64,000 bases of DNA from Lama guanicoe. Lineage: Eukaryota. The stretch's first letter is position 1; each line of letters opens with the position of its first letter. The translations under genes and the position numbers were made by a program. The notes under the pieces are model-generated. The model did not search any database. It was given only the letters and a program-made list of their open reading frames with translations, and was not told the origin of the DNA. The stretch lies in assembly GCA_013239625.1 (NCBI GenBank), contig MU053352.1:479485-543484 (forward strand), read 5' to 3'. Positions 13,789-26,360 of the stretch are shown here, piece by piece.

Positions 13789-14312
13789 GTGAGTGTAGCA
13801 GCACACTTAACAAACACGGATGGTGCAACTGCAGGGTTAAATTTGACCCGAGTCTTTAAGATACCTCTTCTTAGAGTATGGTTGTGCTAGATGATTTGGG
13901 GTTTTTTGGCTTTTGTTCTTAAATATTATTTGAATTTTTATTGGCATTGTTTTGAGAGGCTTAGTGGAAATGACTAAGTGAGAATTCTATACCAGTTAAC
14001 ACTTTTTCCAGGCTGTTAGCATTGGACTAAGAATCTTCAGATGTATAAGAACATTGTCCACTTTTATTTTTAAGTAGATAAGTGTTTGTTGTTAAGGCTT
14101 ACTGTGGAGGTGGATTTTTACCACTTGCGATTGGTGTCGCACTAATCTGCATTCTTTGCGTAAGGCTGACCTGTTAGGTGGTACCTTTGTGATGTGATGG
14201 TTCCGAAAACCTTTAGTGAAAAGGAATATGGGATACTATTGTTGTTGCTGTTAAACTGTTGTGAGATCTAGTCTTTCTCGACTTTTGAAGTAGAAACAGT
14301 ACGACATCCCTC

Positions 14313-15572
14313 AGATATAAAACTTAAATATAAGACAGGACAGCATAAGACTCCTAGAAGAAAACATAGGCAGAACATTCCCTGGAATAAATTGTACCAG
14401 TGTTTTCTTAGGTCAGTCTCCCAAGGCAATACAAATAAAAGCAAAAATAAACAAATAGGACCTAATCAAACTTAAAAGCTTTTTGCACAGCAAAAGAAAC
14501 CATAAACAAAATAAAAAGACCACTTAGCGGGATGCGAAAAAATATTTGCAAACAATGCTACCGACAAGGGATTAATCTCCAAAATGTACAAACAGCTCAT
14601 ATAGCTCAATAACAACAACAACAAACCCAATTTTAAAAAATGGGCAGAAGCCCTAAATAAACATTTCTCTAAAGAAGATGAGCTGGCCAACCGGCACATG
14701 AAAAGATGTTCAACATTGCTAATTATTAGAGAAATGCAAATCAAAACTACAGTGAGGTAACATCTCACACCGGTCAGAATGGCCGTCATTAAAAAGTCTA
14801 CAGATGACAAGAGTGTGGAGAGAAGGGAACCCTCCTACACTGTTGGTGGGAATGTAAATTGGTACAGCCACTATGGAGGACAATATGGAGGTTCCTTAAA
14901 AAACTAAAAATAAACTTACCGTATGATCAAGCAATCCCATTCCTAGGCATTATCTGAAAAAAAACATAATTTGAAAAGATTCATGGACCCCAGTGTTCAC
15001 AGCAGCACTGTTTACAGTAGGCAAGAGACATGGAAGCAACCTAAATGTCCATCGACAGATGATTGGTTAAAGATGTTTTATATATATACACACACACAAT
15101 TAAACATACACACACAGTGGGATACTACTCAGCCATAAAAAAAGAATGAAATAATGCCATTTGCAGCAATATGAATGGACCTAGAGATTATCATACTAAG
15201 TAACAAAGGTCAGAAAGACAAATACCATATGATAGCACTTCTATGTGGAATCTAAAATATGATACAAATGAACTCATTTACAAAGCAGAAACAGACTCAC
15301 AAACATGGAAAACAAACTTATGGTTACCAAAGTGGATAGGTGTTGCAGACAGATAAATTAGTTTGGGATTAGCAGATACAAACTATTATATATAAAATAA
15401 GCAACAAGGTCCTACTGTATAGCACAGGGAACTATATTCAGTATCCTGTAATAAACCATAATGGAAAAGGAAGTGAAAAAAATTATGTTTAACTGAATCA
15501 CTTTGCTGTAATACCACAAACTAACAACATTGTGAATCAACTATACCTCAGTAAAATATTTAAGTATTAAAA
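14313..15572 (+). mobile_element. L1 ORF2 C-terminus plus 3'UTR, sense to EIF4ENIF1 (intron 7), disrupted
   Basis: atgcaaatcaaaactacagtgagg (MQIKTT), ggtgggaatgtaaattggtacagccactatgg, gcaacaaggtcctactgtatagcacagggaactatattca. Confidence 0.92.
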
Positions 15573-17486
15573 ATCCAGTCTAGAAAGAGCTGAAACATCC
15601 CAGCATGTAGTTCAGTCTCCTCTTCCTGACCCATTGATAGCAGACAAGGATGCAGCAGAGGTCAGAGCTGAGGTCTCCATCTCCTGTACCAAGGCACGGG
15701 GCGAGGCACCGCCACTGTAGAATGCCCCAACTGGCTCTGTGGTAAAAATGACTGAACAGATAAACTCAGGATTGTTTTGTTGTTCAGAATGCTTTAGTAT
15801 CTTGAAATTGGCGTTTCTAGTAAATGTGTATAAAAGTGATTTTGTTTCTACTTATGTTTTGGCTTTAATAAAACTTAGTTTCTATAATAGAAACAGTCAC
15901 TGATCAAGATATGGAAATGACTTTCTCAACACTTACTGTCAAATCTTTAGAAAATGTCCACATACTTTATATTCACATCTTTCACTTTTTCATGTTCTTC
16001 CTATATATCTTCTGGCTTTTTTCCTAAACAGTATGATCAGAGGAAATAAAAGGATTAAAGTGCAAAACTATTTTTGCTATTTGTAGAATTTCAAAGTCTT
16101 TTCAAAATTAAAATATTTTTAATAGCTCTAGCTTTTATTTTTAAAATAATTCCTATTTATCTCCGAGGTGGGTGTATTTTGGGTACAATTCCCAATTTCT
16201 CACAGTGAAACATCACTTCATAATGCTTGTCTTATAATTTAATGATTGCAAATTATGCACTTAAAAGTCAGTACTATTTAAGGTGTGAGAGTCTACAGCT
16301 AGAATGTGATTGAAACTGCATAATACCTGAGAAAATAGAAGTTCCACAGGTAATCAAATTGATGTCTTGAATTAAAATCCCTTATCCTTGTATTCATGAG
16401 AATTGTCTGTGGCTTAGATTGGGTATGTGTTAGGAGAAAATTCTTCCAGATAGGAATAAAAGTATAAATGTAACCTTCCACTACTGAACTTTGACTAGAA
16501 ACTGAGTTCTAGACTTCAGATAAAACAAAGTTCCTAATTCTCATCTGTGTACTGGTTTTGGGGGAACCCTGTTTTTTATCATTGGTATAGAAGTGAAAGT
16601 TTTTCCCTTACTTTCAAGGCTGTACCTCATTTTTGGATTGACGTTTGCTTTATCTTGTCTTTTCTAAGTATTAATAACACTGCATAAAGATCAGTTTGGA
16701 TCTTTAATTAGATTTATAATCGGGTAAAAAATGCTTAAATCTAGTTTTTAAGAAGGGTTGGTAGTAGAAATTACTACTATGAAACAGTGTTGAAGAAATT
16801 TTTTCTACTCATAGAGCATCATTTAATTGCTCTTATTAAACCAAAAACTATGGAGGTCAGATTTAAGCAAAAACAAACACCTGAAAACCTCCCACTAAGT
16901 TCCAAGAGATTTTAGAGATCAGTTGAATGTTCATCTTTCAAATTCTGACACACTTTCTAAACTTTGACTTGGAATTACGATCTTCATGAGCTCTACTTTT
17001 TAGCTTTTGGGTTCTAAAATTATCTGCATTGGATTTCGTGGTGTTCATTACAACTTTGAGGATGTTGAACTTTGAAGCAGAGCTTTTCATCAGCTCTCCA
17101 TGCTTGGTTGACGGCCACTCTTCAGCCTGGCAATGGGCTGCTTTACTCTGGTGCTGATTTGATTTTGCAACTATGCCCCCTTAGAACATTCATGGATTTT
17201 CTAACGAGGCAAAGATAGAAAACCAGAATACTTTGGCACCGAGGTTTTGTTCTGTATGCTTAGAAAGTACATGGCTGGTTATGCCCAAGTCTTGGTTACT
17301 CAGAAATGATCCAGGAGGGGAAGAAAAATTAACGATGTTCAAAATCCTAAGTTCTGAGGGTGTTTACCTTCAGATCAGCAGCATCAAAGGAAGTTTCAAA
17401 GTAAGTGACTCTTTCTTAAGATTTGAACCTTCTTGTCCTTTTTGCCTAGAAACTATCATCTTAACCCCTTTTATCTTTCTTTTTAG

Positions 17487-17622
17487 ATGATAGAAGATGT
17501 TTTGGGAGAAGGGTCAGTCTCTGCCAGTCGGTTCAGTAGGTGGTTCTCTAACCCTAGCCGATCAGGAAGCCGATCCAGCAGTCTTGGGTCAACACCACAT
17601 GAAGAACTGGAAAGACTTGCAG
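17487..17622 (+). CDS. EIF4ENIF1: EIF4ENIF1 exon 8 (MIEDVLGEGSVSASRFSRWFSN...LERLA)
   Basis: ttttag|ATG acceptor, CAG|gtaaaa donor, 136 nt. Confidence 0.96.
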
Positions 17623-17834
17623 GTAAAAGTGCTTCAGATTCTGGCCTTGGATGTAGACTTGAGCTTTCTCTGACATGGTTCATTCTGTCTTCATTAGTCA
17701 GGGGTCTATTAACGTTAAAGGGTCTCTGGATACTGATAAAACCTTCAATTTGTGTCTTCTTAATATTGTTGATGATATGTTTTTGTACTTGATCAGGACC
17801 AGTTAATTATGAATATATTTACTTGCAATATTAG

Positions 17835-18014
17835 GTCTGGAACAAGCCATCCTCTCTCCTGGACAGAACTCGGGGAATTATTTTGCTCCTATACCATTAG
17901 AAGACCATGCTGAAAATAAAGTGGATATTCTAGAAATGCTACAGAAAGCCAAAGTGGATTTAAAACCTCTCCTTTCCAGCCTTTCTGCAAATAAAGAAAA
18001 GCTTAAAGAGAGCT
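17835..18014 (+). CDS. EIF4ENIF1: EIF4ENIF1 exon 9 (LEQAILSPGQNSGNYFAPIPLEDH...KLKES)
   Basis: attag| acceptor, GCT|gtaagt donor, 180 nt, frame consistent with neighbours. Confidence 0.95.
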
Positions 18015-18157
18015 GTAAGTATTCATTACAATCTGCTTTAGATACCTGAAACATTTGGATGATCAGTCTAAACGCAGAATTGATTCTAACAGACTGCTGA
18101 TCTCATCAGAAGTCAAATAGATGGTGGGTTTTGTTTAATATTCTTCAAAAACACTTT

Positions 18158-18304
18158 TTTTTGTTTTCTTTGTTTTTTTGGGTGGGGGGTGTGACGTAAT
18201 TAGGCTTATTTATTTATTTATTTTTAGAGGAGGTACTGGGGATTGAACCCAGGACCTTGTGCATGCTAAGCATGCGCTCTACCACTCGAGCTATACCCCC
18301 CACC
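18158..18304 (-). mobile_element. Full-length tRNA-derived SINE (Vic-1-like) with 12-bp TSD
   Basis: CAAAAACACTTT at 18146-18157 and 18305-18316; A- and B-box-like head. Confidence 0.92.
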
Positions 18305-18813
18305 CAAAAACACTTTCTAATCGAATAATACCACCTCTTTGAGAATCTAGTAGTCAGTGGGTCATGAGGCCGGTGGTAGGAACTTTCCCTCCAAGCCCTC
18401 CTCCTCACCTGGAGCCTGATTATGACAGTCCAGTGAATGTTGTAGCCCTCCTGAGCGTGACTTGGCAGCTCCTCAGCCGTTGCCCCAGGCTGCTGCGTTC
18501 CTGCTCAGGTTAAAAGCCCTTAGCATAAACCTTAGTCGTGTAATAACCGTGGTGCAGGAGGCGCTCTTGCTGGTGTTGGGCTGCCTGGCATTCCTGTCCC
18601 TGGTAGCAGGTCTCAGGAAGACTCATTAGAAAACGTCCCCCTGCAGGATCTGAAAGTCTTTTCTGTCGGTCTGTTTTTAGTGTCAGCCTTTTCTGACAGC
18701 CTTACTTCAGCTGTGAAATAAATTGGTTTCACCTTCACCATCATGTTAAGCAAAAAGAACTCCTAAAACATACTCCTTTGCTGGGCTTAACCTGGACTTT
18801 CCCAACCTTTCAG

Positions 18814-19046
18814 CACATTCAGGGGTTGTGCTCTCAGTGGAAGAGGTAGAAGCAGGGCTCAAGGGCCTGAAGGTGGACCAGCAAGTGAAGAATTCGACTC
18901 CTTTTATGGCAGAACATTTAGAGGAGACCCTGAGTACTGTGACCAGCAATCGACAGCTCAAAAAAGATGGAGATATGACTGCATTCAACAAGCTAGTGAG
19001 CACCATGAAGGCAAGTGGGACTTTGCCTTCTCAGCCCAAAGTCAGC
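18814..19046 (+). CDS. EIF4ENIF1: EIF4ENIF1 exon 10 (HSGVVLSVEEVEAGL...DMTAFNKLV...QPKVS)
   Basis: tttcag| acceptor, AGC|gtaagt donor, 233 nt; ORF 18828..19142. Confidence 0.96.
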
Positions 19047-21184
19047 GTAAGTATTTGTCACACATCCCAGCCTTTTCTCCTTTCCCCTCTTTCTATTCCA
19101 CCTCCCATCGCAATAAATGGATTTTTTAAAAAGGTATTCTGAGTAAGTTGGAAATTCTTTAGTGGTCATTTGGTCCTTGATGCTTTTGTGTGTTAATTAC
19201 CACTGTACTGTTTGTTACTAGAAAAAAGCAGGCTTGTGGTTAATCTGTACATGTTGTGGGTGACAGTATATGGATTGAAAGATGCAGACATCACTTGCTT
19301 ATCTTAACTCACTGCTAAAGAAGTGTAAAAATATCTTTCGGGATGAGCTCAAGAAAGTTTTCTGTTTATTCAGCTACTTAAGTTAAAGTAACTTACCATA
19401 TTTTCATAGTAAAATCTTTCTTTTCGCACCTTCTAGTTACTTCCAGACACCTGGGATCATCTGCTTGCTTGATTAGGCTGTTGACAGTTATACATATTAT
19501 TGTAAAGTATCTAAGATGGGTTTTTCAAGACAGTTACTTTCTGTTAATTTAGTAATAGAAAAAGCTTTGACTGCAAACTTGTAAAACACCTTCAGGCGTT
19601 CAGTAGGGTTACAGGGTGCCTGCATGTCAGTAAACGCAGGTATGTAGCACATACTGGTCTTTGTTACAACACGTTAGAGGGTGGCTCTCAGTCATAGTCT
19701 GTCAGTTTGCTAACCCTTGATGCTACAAAGTGATAGGAGAAACAGGGTAAATCTGAATAATAAAAACATAAACACAGACTTACTCTAGTTGCTGAGTTAC
19801 AGCAAATTTATCAAATTGAGTTTTGCCTCGTTTTCTCCTGACGCCGTCTCGTCTGGGAACTACAGGTTAACCACGGCAGTAGTTGTTTGACTCATTGCGC
19901 CTCGTACCAATGGAGGGCAGCTGATCTTTGGTGTTTCTTATCTGACCAGCAGTTAGTGTCAGATCCTAATAGGGGCCATTGTCCCTGGCCTACCTGTCTG
20001 ACTCTCTGCCTCTGAAGGGAGGCATCTCAGACAGATAGGCTTATTCCTGTGCGTCTGACCACACCACGCCAGTCACAGGGGAATGTTCCTTGTAAGCTGC
20101 TTTAGAATAATTTCCCTACAAAGAATTACTAGATGTGAATGCTTTCAAATGAGGACTAAAGGGACTGCAGACTATCCTGTTCTGCTTTCTTGTGACCTTT
20201 ATACCTTGGTGACTGGATGCCGACTACAGTGGTGTGTGAGTGACTAAGAAACGGGAGTGGGGGAACTCAGTAGTTTACCTGATGCTTTAGAATATTTTTG
20301 TTTCAGGTATGATTTTAGGGTGTGAGGTTGGGGTTTCTGTGCTCTGAAATGTGTCTGGTTTCAGCTCAAGGAATGAGCCTCAAATACATGCAGAAAGGAA
20401 TGGATGATACAATTTAAGTTGCTAGGTAAAGAGTAATACAAACTCAACCTAGAAAGAAAGCAACAAGGAAATAATGTAAGAAGTGCACCAGGTATTGTCC
20501 CAAAATACTGCTTGATTTGCATGTTGTTGTTAAGTCATGGACCACCTGAGAAATCAAGTCTGTAATTACTGCAACTGTGTGTGTTATGTGTGTACTATTT
20601 CTGATCTCCCGCCATCCATTTCGGTTCAGTCATATTGGAGATAACCATACATTACAGAACAGTTTGTTCAAAACAATAAAGTTCAGATTTCCTGAACTAT
20701 AACAATTCTGGCCAAACTGACATGTTGTTTACTAGGTTTTTTGTACCATCTGTGGTACATGTTAAAGATAATGGGTACCAAAGGTTGTCTCAAAAATTAA
20801 AATGTATAAATTATCAGAAGTTCCTACTTGCGGCTTCCTGCTAAATAAGCGTTCCCCTATTTCACCATTTTTCTTTTCCCCTTTTGGTCACAATGTTAGA
20901 AATAGTAAATGGACTTGAGCTTACCACAGAGAGGAAACGACCTTGTCTGAGGGTCTCTGAGTGGACTTTGCACATACATGTGAAGATTCTTCCTGTTCCC
21001 AGATCTTTGGGATCTGTGTGATGAGAGGGTGGAACAAGTTGATCTCAGTTAGTTTTCTGTGATTTGGACGTCATTCTGCAGTTAAGTGCCAACTCCCTGG
21101 GTAGTTTTTAGTGTTTTCTTTTGGTCCCAAATTAATCTATAAATATGTAGAAGTTTAAAACCAGTTCTCCTTTGACTTTTTTAG

Positions 21185-21256
21185 CGAAACCTTGAAAGCC
21201 ATTTGATGTCCCCTGCTGAGATTCCAGGCCAGCCTGTCCCTAAGAACATCTTGCAG
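21185..21256 (+). CDS. EIF4ENIF1: EIF4ENIF1 exon 11 (RNLESHLMSPAEIPGQPVPKNILQ), symmetric 72-nt exon
   Basis: ttttag| acceptor, CAG|gtactt donor, phase 0-0. Confidence 0.93.
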
Positions 21257-21698
21257 GTACTTCACAATCTTATACCAAGGCCTTGGAGTCCTGAACAGTA
21301 GTCCTCTGAACTGGTTTTGTGTAGTGGTCCAGTTCCATGCTGCCTCGCAATGAAGGATGTGGTGTCACTGCCTGGCATAGTTGTGTCACTGTTAATCTCA
21401 GTGTGGGGTGGGGAGGTGGCTAAAAAAGAGGACAGACTAAGCCCTTGATTTCCAGTTTGCAAGTTTGCAATTTCTTTGGAGATTTAAAGTATCTAACCTA
21501 TGTTTGTAGCACTAACTTAAAGGAAATGTTGCTAGCTGAACGTACAGAGAAATTTGTTGTGTGTGTATGTGCCAAGTTTGTCAGTGGAGAATGAGGGAGA
21601 TTCATCATTGATTTCAAAAATTTAATCCATAATCCACAACCTCTGACTAGGAGGAAGGACCAGGTTTGTTCACAACGATTTGACGTTTCTGCCTTTAG

Positions 21699-21882
21699 GA
21701 ACTTCTGGGTCCACCAGTTCAGAGACCTGCTTCTTCCAATCTTCTGAGTGGCCTTATGGGGAGCTTGGAGCCTACGACATCTTTACTGGGCCAAAGAGCA
21801 CCCTCTCCTCCCTTGTCACAGGCATTTCAAACAAGAGCAGCCTCAGCCGACTACCTTCATCCGAGAATACCTTCACCAGTTG
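21699..21882 (+). CDS. EIF4ENIF1: EIF4ENIF1 exon 12 (ELLGPPVQRPASSNLLSGLMGSLEP...RIPSPV)
   Basis: ctttag| acceptor, TTG|gtaaat donor, 184 nt. Confidence 0.95.
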
Positions 21883-22851
21883 GTAAATGCTCGCAGACGC
21901 AGGCCTGTCCCCGTCATCATGCCCTCCCCTTCCCCCGCAGAAGTTGTACCAGTCCCCTGGAACTGGCCAGCTCTTTTTCATGGGCATCCTTAAACAGTTT
22001 AAAAAGAAATGTATTCATTTATTATGCTTTTTTCAGTGGGTGGTGAGGACACAAATGAGGAAAATAGCTTATTATCTACCTGCTCTTCCAGATAAGTATG
22101 TTCGTGTTACAGTTTTGTATTTTTTTTCCTTGAGGTTGATCTAAATTGGATCCAGCTCTTCAGTCATCTTTCTTATTTTGGGAATTCAAGCAAAAAAAGT
22201 TATTTTGGCTCCTTAGGTTTTTCCTGTATGGAGAAGTCAGGGTGTGGCTCTCTACCAGCCTAATGAAGTTGTGCACAATCAACTGTTAGGTCTTGTGGCT
22301 AAATTAGAATGAATTTAAGAAGAATGAATGGAAGAAGCACTCAGAAGCCTGTCTTAGCAAAGTGTTGTGCAGATTCTCAGAGTGTCCCTACCACCTTGGA
22401 CCACGTTGGGCTACTGGCTGCTCTGGCCCCCACCAGTCATACCTTGAAAGGAAGTTTTTGCAATCTTTCCAGAGTTAGGAGGATGCAGTGGGAAGAGTAT
22501 GAACCACAAAGCACTGGTCTCTGCTTTGGTATCAGCTGGCTTGATGATGGTGGGCCAGATCACTAGCTAGAAAAGATCTTCTCTAACAGACAGAGGACTC
22601 AGCTCTAAAAGGGACAAAGCTGACAGCTTATTGAGGAAAATAGATACACCAGCAATTTGGGTCATTAAATGATCTGACTGAGGTCCACTTAGCCCACTGT
22701 GGGCTCACAGGAGAGAGGCATCATCAGCCCAGGATCTCAGTACTTCCTGGCAGAGGTGGTCTTCGGCGTGGAGCAGCATGCATCAGTGATGATGCCTGCC
22801 TGGTGGGTGGCTGCTGTCTTGACACTCACGGAGACTGTAACTTTCCAACAG

Positions 22852-22931
22852 GTTTCACACCAGGACCACAGCAGCTACTCGGAGATCCATTCCAAGGCAT
22901 GCGCAAGTCTATGAGCCCTGTCACAGCCCAG
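22852..22931 (+). CDS. EIF4ENIF1: EIF4ENIF1 exon 13 (FTPGPQQLLGDPFQGMRKSMSPVTAQ)
   Basis: caacag| acceptor, CAG|gtctgg donor, 80 nt. Confidence 0.94.
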
Positions 22932-23284
22932 GTCTGGCCGAGCTCTTTCTCGCACTCAGTCTGTTGGCTTGCTTTTCACCCTTACTGTTGCTTGTGGGAT
23001 GGAGCATTAAATTGGTACAGTGCTTGGAAGTGGTTTTGAACTATAATTCAGGCCCAATGAAGGCTAGAAAGTTGGTGAAATTATATGAACTATGAACATG
23101 TGAAGTCATACTTAAATAGCTAAAATCCTGTTCAGTGGATTGGCAGCACAATTAGTTACGTTTGCAATATCTAATTTCTCTCAGGTGCTGCTTAAATATA
23201 CTTTCTCTAAGTGAGCGAAGAGAGAAGGTGTGTTGACTGTCCTCATTCTTCTGCTAACCCTCCTCTGCCACTTCTGTTCAGCAG

Positions 23285-23424
23285 ATGAGCCAGCTAGAAC
23301 TGCAGCAGGCGGCTTTGGAGGGGCTGGCCCTGCCGCACGACCTTGCAGTGCAGGCAGCAAACTTCTACCAGCCTGGCTTTGGCAAACCGCAAGCGGACAG
23401 AACCAGAGACGGATTCAGAAACAG
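23285..23424 (+). CDS. EIF4ENIF1: EIF4ENIF1 exon 14 (MSQLELQQAALEGLALPHDLAVQ...DGFRN); alternative start at 23282
   Basis: ttcagcag|ATG tandem acceptor, CAG|gtaaat donor, 140 nt. Confidence 0.94.
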
Positions 23425-24479
23425 GTAAATTACTAATCCTACCCTTGTGGAGATTTATAAATTATTTTTCCTCAGAGTAGCAAATTAGTTATCCGTAGTA
23501 TAACTTCTATTGTACGCACTGACATTCTGTACGATATGTGGTGCCAATTCCATCTCCTGAAAGTTTAGAGAAAATCATATGATTGAATTCTACTGCAGGG
23601 GCATAGGTTTGTCATCTTATGTAATTTTATTTATATTCATTTAAAGGATTCATTTTTACCAGTGTAGGTAGCATAGCTGCTTGTTTGCAGTTATGCTGAT
23701 GAGATGATGAAAAATAAAACTCCACTTAGCTTCCTTCCCCACAGATTCCTTGTTAAATGTCAGACTGACCCTTGATTTGGGTTTGCTGAACAGAGCTGTT
23801 AACAATCGCTGGTTTCACTCTCCTCGCATTCTCTCTGCTGGTTGCAACAAGTAGTGAGATGAAGTGAACCATGAATTGGGGGCAAAAGGGGTAGCAGTAT
23901 TGTTCTTTTTTATTGTGAAATGGAACAGACACAAAAAACTGCATTAAACAAATGTGTAGTTGATTATAAGGCAGATCTCCCTTGTTAGCTACCCAGAAGC
24001 CTTCCATGTGCCTTGTCTCAATAATACCTTTTCTCCCCTAGAAGTGACCGTTGTCAAGCCCTTAAAAGTAATCACCACCTTCATATTTTTAGTTTTATCA
24101 CCAAAATGTACTTTATTGAACACTATATTCCTGCCCCATATAGTACTTGGTAATTAAAATGTATTTATGTTTTCTTATATTATTTAGAAGTCACATTGTT
24201 TAAGAAGTCATTTCTAAAATTGCCATATCAGTGTCTCAGTGTCTTGCTTTAGCTGGTTTTATACGTTGACACTTTCAGAAAACTGAGACCAGTTAGTACC
24301 CATACTCTTTCAAAGCACTTTTGATACCCAGAATTTTACTTGCTCTTGGGAACAACTCTAGGAGGTAGATGGGGTTAAAGAACTAAATTTTACAAAGAAA
24401 CAGATTTTTTAAATATGACTTACTTGAAACTAACAGGTAGATCCAAGTCAGTGCCTGCGGAGCCTTCGATTTTATATCG

Positions 24480-24756
24480 AATGGCAGGCCCTTCCTGAAC
24501 ACTGTATACAGTTGTGTCCCCTGGCAGACATGATTTCTCCTTGCTTCGCTTTATTTTTGTATTGTACTTATATCCTCTAGCAGACTATATTTTTTTCTCT
24601 CTCTTATTGCCCATAGTAACCCGTCTTTACCCTGCAAACACAAGAATGTAATGAAGGCAGAGATTTGTTTCACTTTATTGCTGTATCCCCAGCACCTAAA
24701 ACAGTGTTTAGCACATAGTAGGTGCTCAAATATGTTTATCAGAAGGAATAAATGAT
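24480..24756 (+). mobile_element. L2 3' end remnant
   Basis: gctgtatccccagcacctaaaacagtgtttagcacatagtaggtgctcaaatatg...gaataaatga. Confidence 0.7.
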
Positions 24757-25844
24757 AGGTCGTGCAGAACCACCAGATTTGGGGTTACCTCTTAACCACC
24801 CAGAATACCACTGCTCTCTCTCTCTCCCCCTTTGTCATCATACTCAGTCTCACTGTGGCAGCACTGGGGCTTACCTGGTACAGACTGGAAAGAAGCCATG
24901 AGCTTAGGATTCCCATCTGCTTATGAGTCAGAGAATTTACAGAATCACTGAGTGTACTTGGGCCTTGGCCTTTGTGGTACAAGGTGTAACATGGCTGAAA
25001 TGCAGTGAAGGTTTGATTAGTCAATGGGCTCACAAAATTCTTCTCTCAGCCTGTTTGTCTTGGTCAGCTGTTCCCTGTTTTCTTCCAAGTTAGGAGAGAT
25101 GGGGAGTCTGTTCTTTTAAATTGTATTTGGGAGGCCTGTGATCAACCTTGTGTGTAGACCAGGAGTGGCAAGGAATGCTGCATGTAACTGGGCCCAAAAA
25201 ACAGCTGAAACTCTTGGTGCTCTAGCACTGATTTGAACCAGTGTCTCCCACAGCAGCAGTTCCACGCCAGGCAGCGTGCTCCCTACCCTCTGGAGCATAG
25301 CCGGCCTACAGAATGAAGGCCCTCCCTAGCCTGTGTCACTGGTGTGGTCAGCAGATAACCTACACATCAGCCCTGGGCCAGCCTCCGTTCCTGAGGCCTT
25401 CCCCGTACCTGCTCCTTCTGCCTGAATCGTTGTTCTCCGTCTGTAGCTTCTCACTGGCACACTCAGTTTAATGCAGCTCCTTCCCAGAGCAGCTTTCCCA
25501 GCGTCCCTGCGGCAGGAGTATCCTCTCATCCCTCTGCCCCTCACTTTCCCATTGTACACCATTGGTGTCTAACATCAACATGCCTTGTTTGCCCTACATT
25601 AGTAACTGCCTCCCCGCTGGAGGAGAGTTCTTGCAAGGCCCAGAACCATGTTTCATTAAGCTTTGTCTTCCCTCAGAACTTAGCATGTGGTTTTGCATAT
25701 GTTAGGCATTCATTAAATGCTTGGGGAATTGAATTAGAGAAAGGAAATGGGAAGCTTCATAGGCTGACCTTGAGTATTATGTGGTTTTTAGACCTTGGAG
25801 TTGGAGCAGGTTGGGGATCACACTGATAACTGGTTTGTTCACAG

Positions 25845-25929
25845 GCAACAGCGAGTGACCAAGTCACCAGCCCCTGTGCACCGAGGGAATTCCTCTTCCC
25901 CTGCCCCCGCTGCCTCCATCACAAGCATG
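25845..25929 (+). CDS. EIF4ENIF1: EIF4ENIF1 exon 15 (QQRVTKSPAPVHRGNSSSPAPAASITSM)
   Basis: tcacag| acceptor, ATG|gtcagt donor, 85 nt. Confidence 0.94.
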
Positions 25930-26360
25930 GTCAGTGCCCTTTGCCTTTGTGAATGACTTCTGGGCTTCTCCCTGTTTGGTTGTGCTTATGTTGTATCACT
26001 GTGTACCGCAAAATATCCTTGCGTGCCTTCCACAGGAGCCACTGATTTACTCGACTTTTATGACCACCTGTTTATTAGTTCTTCCTCTTTTCAGGATACA
26101 GTCTAAGTCTTAGGATTCTAGTGAAGCCCTTAGATTGGGGGAAGTGTGTTCTAGCAGCTGGATGAGTATGGGCCAGAGCATACCCAGTGGGGTAGTATGT
26201 TCAAACAAATGAGCAGTTAAAGGGGGGAGCAGGGGAGGACAGGGGTGAAAGACAGAAGGTGAGGTAGATGGGGTGACTGGGGTTGGATCATGGGGAGTCT
26301 GGTGAAAGAAACCATGATGGGAGTTCACAAATTCAGACTCAGATCTCAAGGACAAGAACT

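Noticed and set aside
14472..14810. 112-aa minus-strand ORF
   Set aside because: Typical antisense reading of L1 ORF2 sequence.
15900..17100. AT-rich stretch possibly derived from an ancient DNA transposon
   Set aside because: Only a faint impression; no terminal repeats or convincing protein motif seen.
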